From Actinomycetes bacterium (GTDB taxonomy: Bacteria; Actinomycetota; Actinomycetes; JAWWOW01), in the NCBI GenBank assembly GCA_045807285.1, contig JBJMHR010000018.1:51113-115112 (forward strand): 64,000 nucleotides of DNA, given 5' to 3'. The position numbers and the translations under genes were made by a program. Numbering within the stretch: the first letter of the stretch is position 1; each line of letters begins with the position of its first letter. The notes under the pieces were generated by a model. That model was not told the DNA's origin and did no database searches. It worked only from the letters and a program-made list of their open reading frames with translations. Positions 51,126 to 61,913 of this stretch are shown one piece after another.

Positions 51126-51632
51126 TCAGACCGTCGTACGTACCGCGGCTTCGGCCGCTTCCTCATCACGGTTCGGATCGTCTTCGAGGAAGACCCACCG
51201 CTTGTAGGACCAGAAGCGCCACGCCATAGCGATGGCCAGACCGACGAAGTTGGCGGAGATGTTGTCGGCGAGCACGCTGTGCAGCCCCAAGACGTAGTGC
51301 GACACCGCGAGACAAGCCAACGTGATCCCCACGCCGACTGCGGTCAGGATGAGGAACAGCGGCAGCTCACGCGCCATGCCGCTGCGCGCCCGGTGTCGCC
51401 AGGTCCAGTGCCGGTTCATGAAGTACGACGAGATCGCCGCGACGGAAGAGGAGATGAACTTGCAGGTGAGCGGTCGGTGCGGCATCAGCTCGACGCGGAG
51501 CAGGTTGAACAGGCCGACGTCGACGAAGAAGTTGATGACGCCGACGGTGCCGAACTTCATGACTTCGTGGAAGAGCGCGACGACAGCGTGGTCGAAGGCC
51601 TTCAGCGGGCTGCGACCGCGCAAGGATGGCAC
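51126..51632 (-). CDS. GtrA-family membrane protein
   Basis: KFGTVG, SYFMNRHWTW, RFWSYKRWVF; four TM segments. Confidence 0.9.
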   Translation of the reverse strand: MPSLRGRSPLKAFDHAVVALFHEVMKFGTVGVINFFVDVGLFNLLRVELMPHRPLTCKFISSSVAAISSYFMNRHWTWRHRARSGMARELPLFLILTAVGVGITLACLAVSHYVLGLHSVLADNISANFVGLAIAMAWRFWSYKRWVFLEDDPNRDEEAAEAAVRTTV

Positions 51633-51695
51633 TATCTGAGCCTATCCAGAGCGTGCGAGCCTTTACCGGACGCGGACGCGAAGGCGGAGGGAATA

Positions 51696-52847
51696 TTGCT
51701 CGACTTTCGGCTCGACGAGGACCAAGAGGCCCTGCGTAAGACCGTCGAAGAGTTCGCGCGCGAGGTTGTCGCCCCCGCTGCCCCGCACTACGACGAGAGC
51801 GGCGAGTTCCCTTACGACGTGGTCGCGCAGATGGCCGAGATGGGCCTTTTTGGGCTGCCTTTCCCGGAGGAGTACGGCGGGATGGGCGGGGACTACTTCA
51901 CGCTCTGCCTCGCGATCGAGGAGCTGGCCCGCGCTGACTCGTCGGTGGCGATCACCCTCGAGGCGGCGGTCTCGCTCGGGGCCATGCCGATCTACCGGTT
52001 CGGCACCGAGGAGCAGAAACGGGACTGGCTGCCCCAGCTGACCAGCGGGCGTGCTCTCGGTGCCTTCGGTCTCACCGAGCCCGGCGGCGGGTCGGACGCC
52101 GGTGCGACGCGCACCCGTGCCGAGTTGCGCGACGGCGAGTGGGTGATCAACGGAAGCAAGGCGTTCATCACGAACGCGGGCACTGACATCACCCGGCTGA
52201 TCACCGTGACGGCGGTCACGGGCGAGCAACCAGGCGGCGGCCGGGAGATCTCCTCGATCATCATTCCGGCCCCGACGGATGGCCTGAAGGTCGCACCGAA
52301 GTACTCCAAGGTTGGCTGGCATGCCTCTGACACTCGCGAGCTGTCGTTCAGTGACGTGCACGTCCCGGCGTCGAACCTCGTCGGTGACCGGGGCCGCGGC
52401 TATGCCAACTTCCTGCAGATCCTCGACGAGGGGCGCATCGCCATCTCAGCGCTCGCCGTCGGCCTCGCCCAGGCCTGCGTCGACGAGTCGGTGAAGTACG
52501 CGAACGAGCGGCAAGCGTTCGGTCGGCCCATCGGCCAGAACCAGGCGATCGCCTTCAAGATTGCCGACATGGAGGCCCGCACGCACACAGCGCGCGTCGC
52601 GTACTACGAGGCGGCGGCGCGGATGTTGCGTGGCGAGCCGTTCAAGAAGCAAGCCGCGATCGCGAAGCTGTACTCCAGTGAGATCGCGGTCACCAACGCG
52701 CGCGAGGCGACGCAGATCCACGGGGGCTACGGGTTCATGAACGAGTTCCCCGTCGCCCGGCACTGGCGGGACGCGAAGATCCTCGAGATCGGTGAGGGCA
52801 CCAGCGAGATCCAGCGCATGGTCATCGCCCGCGAGCTCGGCCTATGA
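51696..52847 (+). CDS. Acyl-CoA dehydrogenase (short/branched-chain type)
   Basis: TTG start after GGAGGG; FGLTEPGGGSDA, NGSKAFITN, RQAFG, QIHGGYG, IGEGTSEIQ. Confidence 0.93.
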   Translation: MLDFRLDEDQEALRKTVEEFAREVVAPAAPHYDESGEFPYDVVAQMAEMGLFGLPFPEEYGGMGGDYFTLCLAIEELARADSSVAITLEAAVSLGAMPIYRFGTEEQKRDWLPQLTSGRALGAFGLTEPGGGSDAGATRTRAELRDGEWVINGSKAFITNAGTDITRLITVTAVTGEQPGGGREISSIIIPAPTDGLKVAPKYSKVGWHASDTRELSFSDVHVPASNLVGDRGRGYANFLQILDEGRIAISALAVGLAQACVDESVKYANERQAFGRPIGQNQAIAFKIADMEARTHTARVAYYEAAARMLRGEPFKKQAAIAKLYSSEIAVTNAREATQIHGGYGFMNEFPVARHWRDAKILEIGEGTSEIQRMVIARELGL

Positions 52848-53929
52848 GTCGCCCTGTCGTCGGCATGGTCGGTGCCGGTCAGCTCGCGCGCATGACGCAA
52901 GCAGCCGCAATCGCGCTCGACGTCAACTTTCGCGTGCTCGCGGATGGTGCTGACGACAGCGCCGCACTCGTCACACCGGACACGACGGTCGGCGACTATC
53001 GCTCCTTCGATGACCTCCGCCGGTTCGCTGCGGACTGCGACGTCGTCACGTTCGACCACGAACATGTGCCGACCGAGCACCTTGAGGCGTTGGAGGCGGG
53101 CGGCGTTGCGGTGCGCCCGGGGTCTCGCGCGCTCGTGCACGCGCAGGACAAACGCGTCATGCGCGAACGATTGGCCGAGTTCGGCATACCGACGCCGCAA
53201 TGGTCGGCGGATCCGGACGCGCTGCCGCGTCCGTACGTCGCGAAGGCCGTCCGCGGTGGTTACGACGGGCGCGGCGTGTGGTTCGTCGGACCGGGCGACG
53301 AGCTTCCGGCGACCGACATCCTGGTCGAGGAGCGGGTGCCGATCGTGCGCGAGCTCGCCGTGCAGGTCGCGCGGCGGCCGTCGGGGGAGACGAAGACCTG
53401 GCCCGTCGTCGAGACCGTGCAGTCTGACGGGATTTGCGTCGAGGTGCTCGCCCCCGCACCGGATCTGGCGAAGGTCGTCGAGCGCGCCGCGGCGGACATC
53501 GCCGTGCGCATCGCCACCGAGCTCGACGTCATCGGCGTTCTGGCCGTCGAGCTGTTCGAGACCCCCGACGGTCTGCTCGTCAACGAGCTCGCCATGCGCC
53601 CGCACAACTCCGGGCACTGGTCCATCGACGGAGCCGTGACGAGTCAGTTCGAACAACACGTGCGGGCGGTGCTCGACTGGCCGTTGGGAGACACCAGCAC
53701 GCTTGCCCCCGTGAGCGTCATGGTCAACGTGCTGGGCGGTGCATCCACCGACCTTTTCGCAGCCCTTCCCGTCGTCCTGGCGGATCCCACGGTCAGGGTG
53801 CAGCTCTACGGCAAAGCGACGCGCCCCGGCCGCAAGCTCGGGCATGTGACAGTCGTAGGCGATGATCTGGGTGACGTGCGAGCACGCGCTCGAGCGGCGG
53901 CTGAGCGGTTGCGAGGGGAGCCACTGTGA
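52844..53929 (+). CDS. purK: N5-CAIR synthase
   Basis: [39 protein letters not shown]. Confidence 0.95.
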   Translation: MSRPVVGMVGAGQLARMTQAAAIALDVNFRVLADGADDSAALVTPDTTVGDYRSFDDLRRFAADCDVVTFDHEHVPTEHLEALEAGGVAVRPGSRALVHAQDKRVMRERLAEFGIPTPQWSADPDALPRPYVAKAVRGGYDGRGVWFVGPGDELPATDILVEERVPIVRELAVQVARRPSGETKTWPVVETVQSDGICVEVLAPAPDLAKVVERAAADIAVRIATELDVIGVLAVELFETPDGLLVNELAMRPHNSGHWSIDGAVTSQFEQHVRAVLDWPLGDTSTLAPVSVMVNVLGGASTDLFAALPVVLADPTVRVQLYGKATRPGRKLGHVTVVGDDLGDVRARARAAAERLRGEPL

Positions 53930-54441
53930 GCCAGGGCGAGCCCCTCGTTGGTGTCGTCATGGGCAGTGACTCCGACTGGCCGACGATGTCTGATGCAGCC
54001 GAAGTCCTGTTGGACTTCGACGTCGCGCACGAGGTGCGCGTCGTCTCGGCACACCGCACGCCGAAGGAGATGCTCGACTACGGCGGGACTGCCGCTGACC
54101 GCGGACTGCGCGTGATCATCGCCGGCGCCGGTGGCGCCGCACACCTCCCTGGCATGTTGGCGTCGGTCACGCCGCTGCCGGTGATCGGCGTACCGGTTCC
54201 GCTCAAGCACCTCGACGGCCTCGACTCGTTGCTGTCGATCGTGCAGATGCCCGCCGGCGTACCGGTGGCGACGGTGTCCGTGGCCGGGGCGACGAATGCC
54301 GGCTTGCTGGCGATTCGGATCCTTGCCGCGTCGGACGACAAGCTGCGCGCGCAGATGTGCGACTACCAAGCCGCGCTGAATGCAAAAGCGCGGTCGAAGG
54401 ACGGCGACCTGCAGCAGAAGCTGCGCGGTCCGAACAGCTAA
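53926..54441 (+). CDS. purE: N5-CAIR mutase
   Basis: [35 protein letters not shown]. Confidence 0.97.
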   Translation: MSQGEPLVGVVMGSDSDWPTMSDAAEVLLDFDVAHEVRVVSAHRTPKEMLDYGGTAADRGLRVIIAGAGGAAHLPGMLASVTPLPVIGVPVPLKHLDGLDSLLSIVQMPAGVPVATVSVAGATNAGLLAIRILAASDDKLRAQMCDYQAALNAKARSKDGDLQQKLRGPNS

Positions 54442-55760
54442 GGGCGGCCGAGGGCGCGATAGGCCCAGCCGGCGGAACGCCAGCGGTCGGCAACGAGCGC
54501 GTTCCGGCCGTCGACGATGCGTTTGTGCCGTACGACATCGGCGAGCACGGCCGGGTCCATCTCGACGAACTCGCGCCATTCGGTGAGGTGCAATACGACG
54601 TCGGCGTCCCGGGCGGCGGCGGCGACCGAGTCGGCGTATTGCAACTGCGGGTAGATCCGGCGCGCGTTGTCCACCGCAGCCGGGTCGTAGACCGTGACGT
54701 GGGCGCCCTGCCGCCGGATCGCATCGGCGACATCGAGCGCGGGCGAGTCGCGGATGTCGTCGGAGTTGGGCTTGAACGCGGCACCGAGCACACCGATGCG
54801 CTTGTCGGTGAACGTGCCGTCCACCAGCTCGCGGGTGAGCTCGACCATCCGGACCCGCCGGCGTGAGTTGATCGCGTCGACCTCGCGCAGGAACGACAGC
54901 GCCTGGTCGACGCCGAGCTCGCCGGCCCGCGCCATGAACGCGCGGATGTCCTTCGGTAGGCAGCCGCCACCGAAGCCGAGGCCAGGGTGCAGGAACCGCC
55001 GGCCGATGCGGGAGTCGTGTCCAAGGGCGTCGGCGAGCGCTGTGACGTCGGCATGCACGGCTTCGCAGACCTCGGCCATGGCGTTGATGAACGAGATCTT
55101 CGTGGCGAGGAATGCGTTCGCCGCGACCTTCACGAGCTCGGCCGTCGCATAGTCGGTGACGATGACCGGGACGCCCTCCCCGATGGGCGCTGCGAACACC
55201 TCGCGCAGCGTCGCCTCACCGTGCCCGTCAGGTCGTACGCCGAAGACGAGGCGGTCGGGATGCAGGGTGTCCTCGACGGCGAAACCTTCACGCAGAAACT
55301 CCGGGTTCCAGGCGAGCTCCACCGCGCGCCCGGCCGGTGCGGTTGCCTCCAGCTCCTGCGCGACACGCAAGGCAGTGCCGGACGGCACGGTCGACTTGCC
55401 GACGACGAGACAGGGACGCGTGAGCCGTGGTGCGAGCTCGTCGACCACGCTGTTGACCTGTGTGAGGTCAGCGGCGTACTCACCCTTCTTCTGTGGTGTG
55501 CCGGCGCAGATGAAGTGCACGTCACCGAATTCCGCAACCTCGTCGTACGACGTCGTGAAGCGGATGCGCCCGGTGTCCATGGTCTTGCGGAGCAGCTCGT
55601 CTAGACCTGGTTCGTAGAAGGGCACCTCGCCGGCGGACAACATCGAGACCTTGCGTTCATCGACGTCGAGCCCGAGCACTTCGAAACCAAGCTCGGCCAT
55701 GCAGACGGCGTGCGTCGCACCGAGGTAACCGGTGCCGAGCACGGTGAGACGGGGTGTCAC
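54438..55760 (-). CDS. ugd: UDP-glucose 6-dehydrogenase
   Basis: [41 protein letters not shown]. Confidence 0.93.
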   Translation of the reverse strand: MTPRLTVLGTGYLGATHAVCMAELGFEVLGLDVDERKVSMLSAGEVPFYEPGLDELLRKTMDTGRIRFTTSYDEVAEFGDVHFICAGTPQKKGEYAADLTQVNSVVDELAPRLTRPCLVVGKSTVPSGTALRVAQELEATAPAGRAVELAWNPEFLREGFAVEDTLHPDRLVFGVRPDGHGEATLREVFAAPIGEGVPVIVTDYATAELVKVAANAFLATKISFINAMAEVCEAVHADVTALADALGHDSRIGRRFLHPGLGFGGGCLPKDIRAFMARAGELGVDQALSFLREVDAINSRRRVRMVELTRELVDGTFTDKRIGVLGAAFKPNSDDIRDSPALDVADAIRRQGAHVTVYDPAAVDNARRIYPQLQYADSVAAAARDADVVLHLTEWREFVEMDPAVLADVVRHKRIVDGRNALVADRWRSAGWAYRALGRP

Positions 55761-55785
55761 GTCGCTCCTTGGTGGTTTCGGTGAT

Positions 55786-56619
55786 CTATTCGGGCTCGGG
55801 TTCGATCGGGCGGCGGTCGATCGGCCGCCCCGTCGTCTCCATGCTGTAGGCGTTCAAGACCTCGTAGACGTCGCCGTCCATGCGGATCGAGCCCTTGTCC
55901 AGCCAGATGCAGCGGTTGCAGCTCTCGTAAATCGCGCCCAGCGAGTGACTGACGAGCACGACGGTGCCGGCTTCTTCGCGGAGCTTGCCAATGCGTTGCT
56001 CGCTCTTGCGCCGGAACTCGGCGTCGCCCACGGCGAGCGCCTCGTCGATCAGCAGTACGGGCGGCGTCTTCGTCGTGGCGATCGCGAAGCGCAACCGCGC
56101 CGACATGCCGCTCGAATACGTCTTCATCGGCATCTCGATGGCGTCTTTGATGCCGGAGAACGCGACCACCTCGTCGTACTGGTGCTTGATCTCGTCCGGC
56201 TTCAGGCCGAGGGCGAGACCACCGAGCACGATGTTGCGCTCGCCGGAGAGCTCGGGGATCAGCGCGGCGTTGACGCCGAGCAGCGCAGGTTCGCCCTGCG
56301 CCCACACCTGACCCTGCGTCGGCGTGACTAATCCTGCGATCGCGCGCAGCAGCGTGCTCTTGCCCGACCCGTTGCGCCCGACGAGTCCGACTGCTTCGCC
56401 TTGGCGCAGCACGAAGCTCACGCCGCGAACTGCCTTGACGTCCGTCATCCGGCCGCGCGGGACACGTTTCAGGATCGACCGGCTGGTCTGCTGTTCGACC
56501 CGCTTGCCTCCGAGCAACACGCGATACGTGATGTGCAGGTCGTGCACGATCACAGTGAGCGGCGCCTCGGGCGAGGGGGGCGTCGGGTCAGCGGCATGGT
56601 CGACGGCGGCGGTGCTCAC
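55786..56619 (-). CDS. Polysaccharide/teichoic acid ABC exporter ATPase (TagH/Wzt)
   Basis: GRNGSGKST, YSSGM, LLIDE, VSH; no C-terminal carbohydrate-binding domain. Confidence 0.92.
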   Translation of the reverse strand: MSTAAVDHAADPTPPSPEAPLTVIVHDLHITYRVLLGGKRVEQQTSRSILKRVPRGRMTDVKAVRGVSFVLRQGEAVGLVGRNGSGKSTLLRAIAGLVTPTQGQVWAQGEPALLGVNAALIPELSGERNIVLGGLALGLKPDEIKHQYDEVVAFSGIKDAIEMPMKTYSSGMSARLRFAIATTKTPPVLLIDEALAVGDAEFRRKSEQRIGKLREEAGTVVLVSHSLGAIYESCNRCIWLDKGSIRMDGDVYEVLNAYSMETTGRPIDRRPIEPEPE

Positions 56620-56634
56620 GAGCCGCGCCTGTTC

Positions 56635-57522
56635 TCATTCGCGGCCATAACGCTCCTCAGCACGCCAGAAGAAGAGGAACATCACGGTGCACAGACCGAC
56701 CGCCCAGGCGAGCGCGTATGCCCAGTAGATCTTGGGGGCGTAGTGCCCGCCTAGGAGCGCCTGCCGGTCGATGGCGATGAAGATGTGAAACGGGTTGCCC
56801 TTGACGAAATAAACCAGCCACGCCGGGTGCGTGAACCGGTTGATGTCGTAGAAGATGCCGGAAAGATAAAAGAGCATGCGCAGGATGAACGGCAGCAGCT
56901 GGGCGAAGTCGCGGATCGACACGGTCACCCGCGCGGCGAAGAACGCCAGGCCGAGGCTGAAGACAGCCTGCAGCAAGAAAGCCGGTGCGATGTAGATCCA
57001 GTGCCGGTTCGGCGTCACACCAGTCGCAAGGACGATCAGCACCATCACGACGAAGGCCGGGATCGTTGCGATCGACTCTTCGAGCGCCTGCGCCACGGGC
57101 AGCAGCGCCTTCGGGAAATGCAGCGCTCGGACGATGTGCAGGTTGCGGGTGATCGAGCGTGAACCTTTGGTGAAGGTGTCGCCGCTGAAGGTGAAGACGA
57201 TCACACCGATGACGATGAACGCGGTGAAGTTGTGCGGACGCGTGCTGCTCGGCAGCAGTACGCCGAAGACGAGTCCGTAGATCGCAGCGAGAAGCAGGGG
57301 GCGAAGAACGTTCCAGAACACGCCCAGGCGGTCTTCGTGGTTACGTGCGATCACCCGCGCTACCGCGAGCGTCGTGATGAAGTGCCGGCGTACCCAGAGC
57401 TGATTGAGGTACCGCAGCAGCGGTGGCCGCCGACCGACGGGCGTGAGCGCATATCGGTCAGCGAGCGCGGCGGGGGAAGGCTGCGGTACGCCGGCCGGAC
57501 TGACGTCTACGGCAGTGGCCAT
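56635..57522 (-). CDS. Polysaccharide/teichoic acid ABC exporter permease (TagG/Wzm)
   Basis: LGVFWNVLRP, FPKALLP, RDFAQLLP, NP motif; six TM segments. Confidence 0.92.
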   Translation of the reverse strand: MATAVDVSPAGVPQPSPAALADRYALTPVGRRPPLLRYLNQLWVRRHFITTLAVARVIARNHEDRLGVFWNVLRPLLLAAIYGLVFGVLLPSSTRPHNFTAFIVIGVIVFTFSGDTFTKGSRSITRNLHIVRALHFPKALLPVAQALEESIATIPAFVVMVLIVLATGVTPNRHWIYIAPAFLLQAVFSLGLAFFAARVTVSIRDFAQLLPFILRMLFYLSGIFYDINRFTHPAWLVYFVKGNPFHIFIAIDRQALLGGHYAPKIYWAYALAWAVGLCTVMFLFFWRAEERYGRE

Positions 57523-57547
57523 GGGACTGCCAGGGTATCGAAAGGCA

Positions 57548-58942
57548 TCAGCTGCAGGGGTTGTCGGCGGCCGTGCGCGTCACCACCTGGGCGGACGACG
57601 ACGGGGCGGCGACGGCTGTCACATGCCGGGCCCCGTGGTAGTTCGTGCCGACGACAAGTTGCACCGAGCTGCCGAGGCTGCCGTCTTCCTGCAGCCGGGC
57701 TCCGGGCACTGCTGCTGCGATCGTGCGAGCCGAGTCGAGCCGGCTGGGGCCGTAACGGATGACCGTCGTCGCGAGATGCGGCCCGGGCGCCGTGGTCGGT
57801 GTGCCGGAGATGTGGAAGCCGACGGCCACGAGGTCGTTCGCGGCTTTGCGGCCAAGCCCATTCGTTGCGGTCCCGTTGAGGACGTGCACGAAGATGCTGG
57901 CCGGTGCGACGGTCACCTTGGGTGCGCTCGCGGGAGCACTGATCGGCAGGTCGTGCCTGATGTTGTCGAACAGCTGCCGTGACAGCACGGGATCCCAGTC
58001 CACGGTCGAGCCAAGGCCCGGATGGAACGAATGCGGCGCCAACGGCACGGTCAACAGGAGCACATGGTGCCCGTCCACGTGCGACATCTTGTCGGCCAGC
58101 GTCAGGATGTCGTTGTGGCTGAGCTGCCGGTCGACCTTGATGGCTTTCTTGGTCGAGTTCAAGACATCGAGGATCTTGGCCGGGTTCAGCAGCACGCGGC
58201 TGCTCCTCGCGCGCTGGAAGAGTGACCCGAGAAGTGCCTGCTGGCGTTTGATGCGACCGAGGTCGCTGCCGCCGGTCAGCCCATGCCGGTCGCGGGCGTA
58301 GGCGACCGCGGTCACACCACCGACGTGGTGGTTGCCCGCTGACAGGGTCAAGCCGCTGCGCCAGTCGTTGACCGCGGTCGGCACGCAGACGTCCACGCCG
58401 CCGAGCGCATCGACCACGCTGGCAAGACCGAGCACGTTGATCTCGACGTAGTGGTTGATCGTGACGCCGGTTGCGTTCTGGATCGTCTCGATCGTCAGCC
58501 GTGGACCGCCGAGGGAGTAAGCGGCGTTGAGCTTGTTGTGCTGCGCGGGGTGATGCACGTGGTGTGCGTCGGTGTACGCCGGGATCTCGACGTACGAGTC
58601 ACGCGGAAAGCTGACGAGCACCGCTTTGTCGCGTTTCTTCGAGACGTGCAGAAGGATCATCGTGTCCGAGCGCGCGCCAAGCTGATCGCGTCGAGCACCG
58701 AGGTGGAACTCACTGAGCTGCCGGGCGGTCAGACCTTGACCGGAGTCAGTGCCGACGAGCAGGTAGTTGACTGCGCCGCGCTCTGACTTGGTCTTGTGCG
58801 CGCCTCCGAAGACGTCAAGCCGCTGCAGGCCTCCCTCGAAGGAACGCAGCAGTGCGTAGGCGCCGGTAGTCGACACGAGCACGAACACCGACGCGATCAC
58901 CGCAATGACCTTGAGCGCGCGCGTCCCTCGACCGTGCTGCAC
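57548..58942 (-). CDS. LCP-family glycopolymer-peptidoglycan ligase with LytR_C domain
   Basis: One TM, LLVGTD, RSDTMILL, SFPRD, KLNAAY, DLGRIKRQQ; C-terminal VLNGT..GLG. Confidence 0.93.
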   Translation of the reverse strand: MQHGRGTRALKVIAVIASVFVLVSTTGAYALLRSFEGGLQRLDVFGGAHKTKSERGAVNYLLVGTDSGQGLTARQLSEFHLGARRDQLGARSDTMILLHVSKKRDKAVLVSFPRDSYVEIPAYTDAHHVHHPAQHNKLNAAYSLGGPRLTIETIQNATGVTINHYVEINVLGLASVVDALGGVDVCVPTAVNDWRSGLTLSAGNHHVGGVTAVAYARDRHGLTGGSDLGRIKRQQALLGSLFQRARSSRVLLNPAKILDVLNSTKKAIKVDRQLSHNDILTLADKMSHVDGHHVLLLTVPLAPHSFHPGLGSTVDWDPVLSRQLFDNIRHDLPISAPASAPKVTVAPASIFVHVLNGTATNGLGRKAANDLVAVGFHISGTPTTAPGPHLATTVIRYGPSRLDSARTIAAAVPGARLQEDGSLGSSVQLVVGTNYHGARHVTAVAAPSSSAQVVTRTAADNPCS

Positions 58943-59035
58943 ACGATCGGGACCGGGATACAGGTAGTGCTCCTTTGGTAACGGAGTTCAGCGTCGATTC
59001 TAGCCGTGCATCGGTCGAGTACCGTGACGCACGAC

Positions 59036-60046
59036 ATGGCAGCCGAGCGGCGAGAATCCGCGGAATCCGGGAACTTTTCTGCCAGTTGGCCATCCGTTTC
59101 CGTTGTGATGGCTGTGCTTGATGAGGAACGTCATCTCGCTGATGCCATCGCGGCGATCCTTGGGCAGGACTACCCCGGCGAGCTCGAGATCGTGATCGCC
59201 CTCGGTCCGTCCCGGGACCGTACGGACGAGATCGCCGCAAAACTCGCCGCCGAGCACCCGCAGATCTCGACCGTTTCGAACCCGTCCGGACGTACGCCGG
59301 CAGGCCTGAACCTTGCTGTGGCGACCGCTCGTCATCCCATCATCGCGCGCGTCGACGGTCACTCGCTGCTTCCCGCGGGCTACCTCAAGACGGCGGTCGC
59401 CCTGCTGGAGAGTGTCGGCGCTGACAACGTCGGCGGCATCATGGCGGCCGAGGGCAAGACGCCCTTCGAGCAAGCCGTTGCGAAGGCGATGACGACCCGC
59501 CTCGGTGTCGGTCCGGCCGCATTCCATGCCGGCGGCAAGGCCGGACCTGCGGACACTGTTTACCTCGGGGTGTTCAGGCGCGAGACGTTGCTTCGTCTGC
59601 GCGGCTACGACGAGACGTTCATGCGCGCGCAGGACTGGGAGCTCAACTACCGCATTCGCGAGTCGGGTGGGCTCGTCTACTTCAGCCCGGACCTGCGTGT
59701 GACCTACCGCCCCCGTGGGTCGGCTGGGGCCGTCGCGCGCCAGTACTTCAACTACGGGCGTTGGCGCCGCTTGCTCGTGCATCGTTACCCGGGCTCGGCA
59801 AACCTGCGCTACCTGACCCCGCCCGCCGCGCTCATCGCCGTCACCGGCGGGTTGCTGCTTGCGGCGTTCGGCCGACGGGTCGGATGGGCGGCTCCTGCGG
59901 GTTACGTCGCGAGCGTGGTCGCCGGCGCTGCCGTCACTGGTCGCGACCTACCGGTCGATGCGCGGTTCCGGCTGCCGTTCGTCTACATGACGATGCATGG
60001 CTCATGGGCCGCTGGTTTCCTCACGGGCCGACCGACGGACATGTGA
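59036..60046 (+). CDS. GT2 glycosyltransferase
   Basis: VSVVMAVLDE, RTPAGLN, RVDGH, QDWELNYR, RQYFNYG; C-terminal TMs. Start uncertain. Confidence 0.9.
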   Translation: MAAERRESAESGNFSASWPSVSVVMAVLDEERHLADAIAAILGQDYPGELEIVIALGPSRDRTDEIAAKLAAEHPQISTVSNPSGRTPAGLNLAVATARHPIIARVDGHSLLPAGYLKTAVALLESVGADNVGGIMAAEGKTPFEQAVAKAMTTRLGVGPAAFHAGGKAGPADTVYLGVFRRETLLRLRGYDETFMRAQDWELNYRIRESGGLVYFSPDLRVTYRPRGSAGAVARQYFNYGRWRRLLVHRYPGSANLRYLTPPAALIAVTGGLLLAAFGRRVGWAAPAGYVASVVAGAAVTGRDLPVDARFRLPFVYMTMHGSWAAGFLTGRPTDM

Positions 60047-60053
60047 GCCGGTT

Positions 60054-61913
60054 TCAGCCGACCGCTAGCCGCCGACCGCCACCGCCGTCGCCATCTCCGT
60101 CGTCGGCACCTCCGAGCAAGCTCTCCGTGTCCGGCTCCGGCTCGAAACCGAACTCCAGGTCGCCCGGTGCCGGCGCGGCCACTCCCTGCGCGACGACTTC
60201 CTCGACCGCATTGCTGAAGCGCTCCATCGCGGACGGTTCGTCCGGTCCGAGGAGAAACTCCTTCAACCGACGGCGGTCGTCGGCGAGCGGGTCGCCCGCC
60301 GCCACGGCCGCGAGCACGTTGCTGATCGTGTCGCCCCCGGGCCCGACGAGATAGGCCGCTGACGCGGTCGGGTTGAGCTTGCGGAACCGCGCGTCGTCGA
60401 CACCTTCAGGGTTTGTGACGACGTACGGCTTCTGGCTGTGAATGAAGTCGGCAACGACGCTGGAGATGTCACTGATCAGCAGGTCGGCTCGGTTGAAACA
60501 CTCATAGAGGTTCGGGCCGTCATCGAGCACGACCGCATGTTGTGCTGTCGTCGCGCGCTTGGCATTGGCGCCGCGGATGATGCTCACGATCTCTTCGTGC
60601 GCCCGCAGGGCGCGCCGGTCCCGGGTGCCAGTGAGCGGGTGTGGCTTGTAGGTGACAACGACGTCGGAGTCGTGCGTGATCAGGTCGCGCACGAGTTCGG
60701 GGCCCATGAGCACGAGCGAGGTGTGGAACGGGTCGTTGGTCCAGCCCTCCCACGTCGGTGCATAGAGCACGTGCTTTACCTCGCGCGGGCCCGCGCCCGG
60801 CAGGGTCGCGATCGGGTCGAGCTGCGGTCGGCCGACCTCGCGCACACTTTCGTCCCGGACGCCGACATTCGCCTTCGCCCACCGCTCGCGACCGGCTGCT
60901 CCGGCGACCCAGACCTCGTCGTACACCTTGCTGAACGGGTTCACGCTCGCCTGTTTGTCACTGTCGCCATGCCCGATGAACACGTGCCGGATCCCAGGTA
61001 CGCGAAGCAGGTGGATGTTCTTGCCGACGTTGGCGACGTACATCGCGAGTCGCGCGTCAGGAAGCGAGAAGTTCATCAAGTCGATGGACCCGACGATGCA
61101 CGCGACCGGTGCCTTGGTCGGTGCGATGAGGCTCAGGATCGACCGTTCCCGGAGCAGGATGAGAGTCTTGTGCGGCAGCCGGTCGAGGACACTTAGCCAC
61201 ATGTTCAGCTGGTACGCCGACTCCGGCGACCCGCTGAAGTACAGGATCACCTCGGGCCGCAACGAGATGACCTGCTCATGGAGAAGGTTGAAAGCGGTCT
61301 CCGCCGGCACGCGATGGATCCGCAGGTAGTGCTGACCGAGTACGCCGTCGGCCGCCAGCCCAGCGGCCAGCGCAATGCAGGTGAGCACTGCCATCGGGAG
61401 GTAGTGCTGGGTCAAGCCGCCGTAGAGCGCGCCTGCGACCGGGAGCATGTCGAGGTGAAGCATCTTGCGCAGGCCCTCGCGCATGAGGAACTCCGGTGGC
61501 CCACCGGGCAAGCCGCGCGGTGCCTCGACGTTGTGCAGCTCAACGGGGAAGCGCCGACGTTGGATGCGGTAGGTCAGCACGCTGTGCGCGCCGCGCAAGG
61601 CCTGCAGGCCGAGCATGCCGACGGCAAACAGCACGAAGCCGAAATCGCTGAGATGCCCCAGCCTCGCGACCAGCACGAGCAGCAGCGAGTCGCGGACGAA
61701 GAAACGAAGCGTGATGCCGAGGTTCACCTTGCTCAGGGCGCGCACGACGAACTGTTGGTAGCGGTAGATGTAAGCCTCGCCGGCGTACGACGCGGCAGCG
61801 CCGGCAACGAACAGCCAGGTGCGGGGGAGCGCTGCGCCGAACAGCATGAGGGGAAACGAGAGGCCGAGCGCACTGAGCCCGAGAGCCGCGACCAGCCAGC
61901 GTCGGGCGGTCAC
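60054..61913 (-). CDS. Membrane-anchored CDP-polyol phosphotransferase (TagF-like fold)
   Basis: N-terminal multi-TM domain; HGDSDK, VGRP, LYAPTWEG, KPHP, ADLLISDISS. Confidence 0.8.
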   Translation of the reverse strand: MTARRWLVAALGLSALGLSFPLMLFGAALPRTWLFVAGAAASYAGEAYIYRYQQFVVRALSKVNLGITLRFFVRDSLLLVLVARLGHLSDFGFVLFAVGMLGLQALRGAHSVLTYRIQRRRFPVELHNVEAPRGLPGGPPEFLMREGLRKMLHLDMLPVAGALYGGLTQHYLPMAVLTCIALAAGLAADGVLGQHYLRIHRVPAETAFNLLHEQVISLRPEVILYFSGSPESAYQLNMWLSVLDRLPHKTLILLRERSILSLIAPTKAPVACIVGSIDLMNFSLPDARLAMYVANVGKNIHLLRVPGIRHVFIGHGDSDKQASVNPFSKVYDEVWVAGAAGRERWAKANVGVRDESVREVGRPQLDPIATLPGAGPREVKHVLYAPTWEGWTNDPFHTSLVLMGPELVRDLITHDSDVVVTYKPHPLTGTRDRRALRAHEEIVSIIRGANAKRATTAQHAVVLDDGPNLYECFNRADLLISDISSVVADFIHSQKPYVVTNPEGVDDARFRKLNPTASAAYLVGPGGDTISNVLAAVAAGDPLADDRRRLKEFLLGPDEPSAMERFSNAVEEVVAQGVAAPAPGDLEFGFEPEPDTESLLGGADDGDGDGGGGRRLAVG

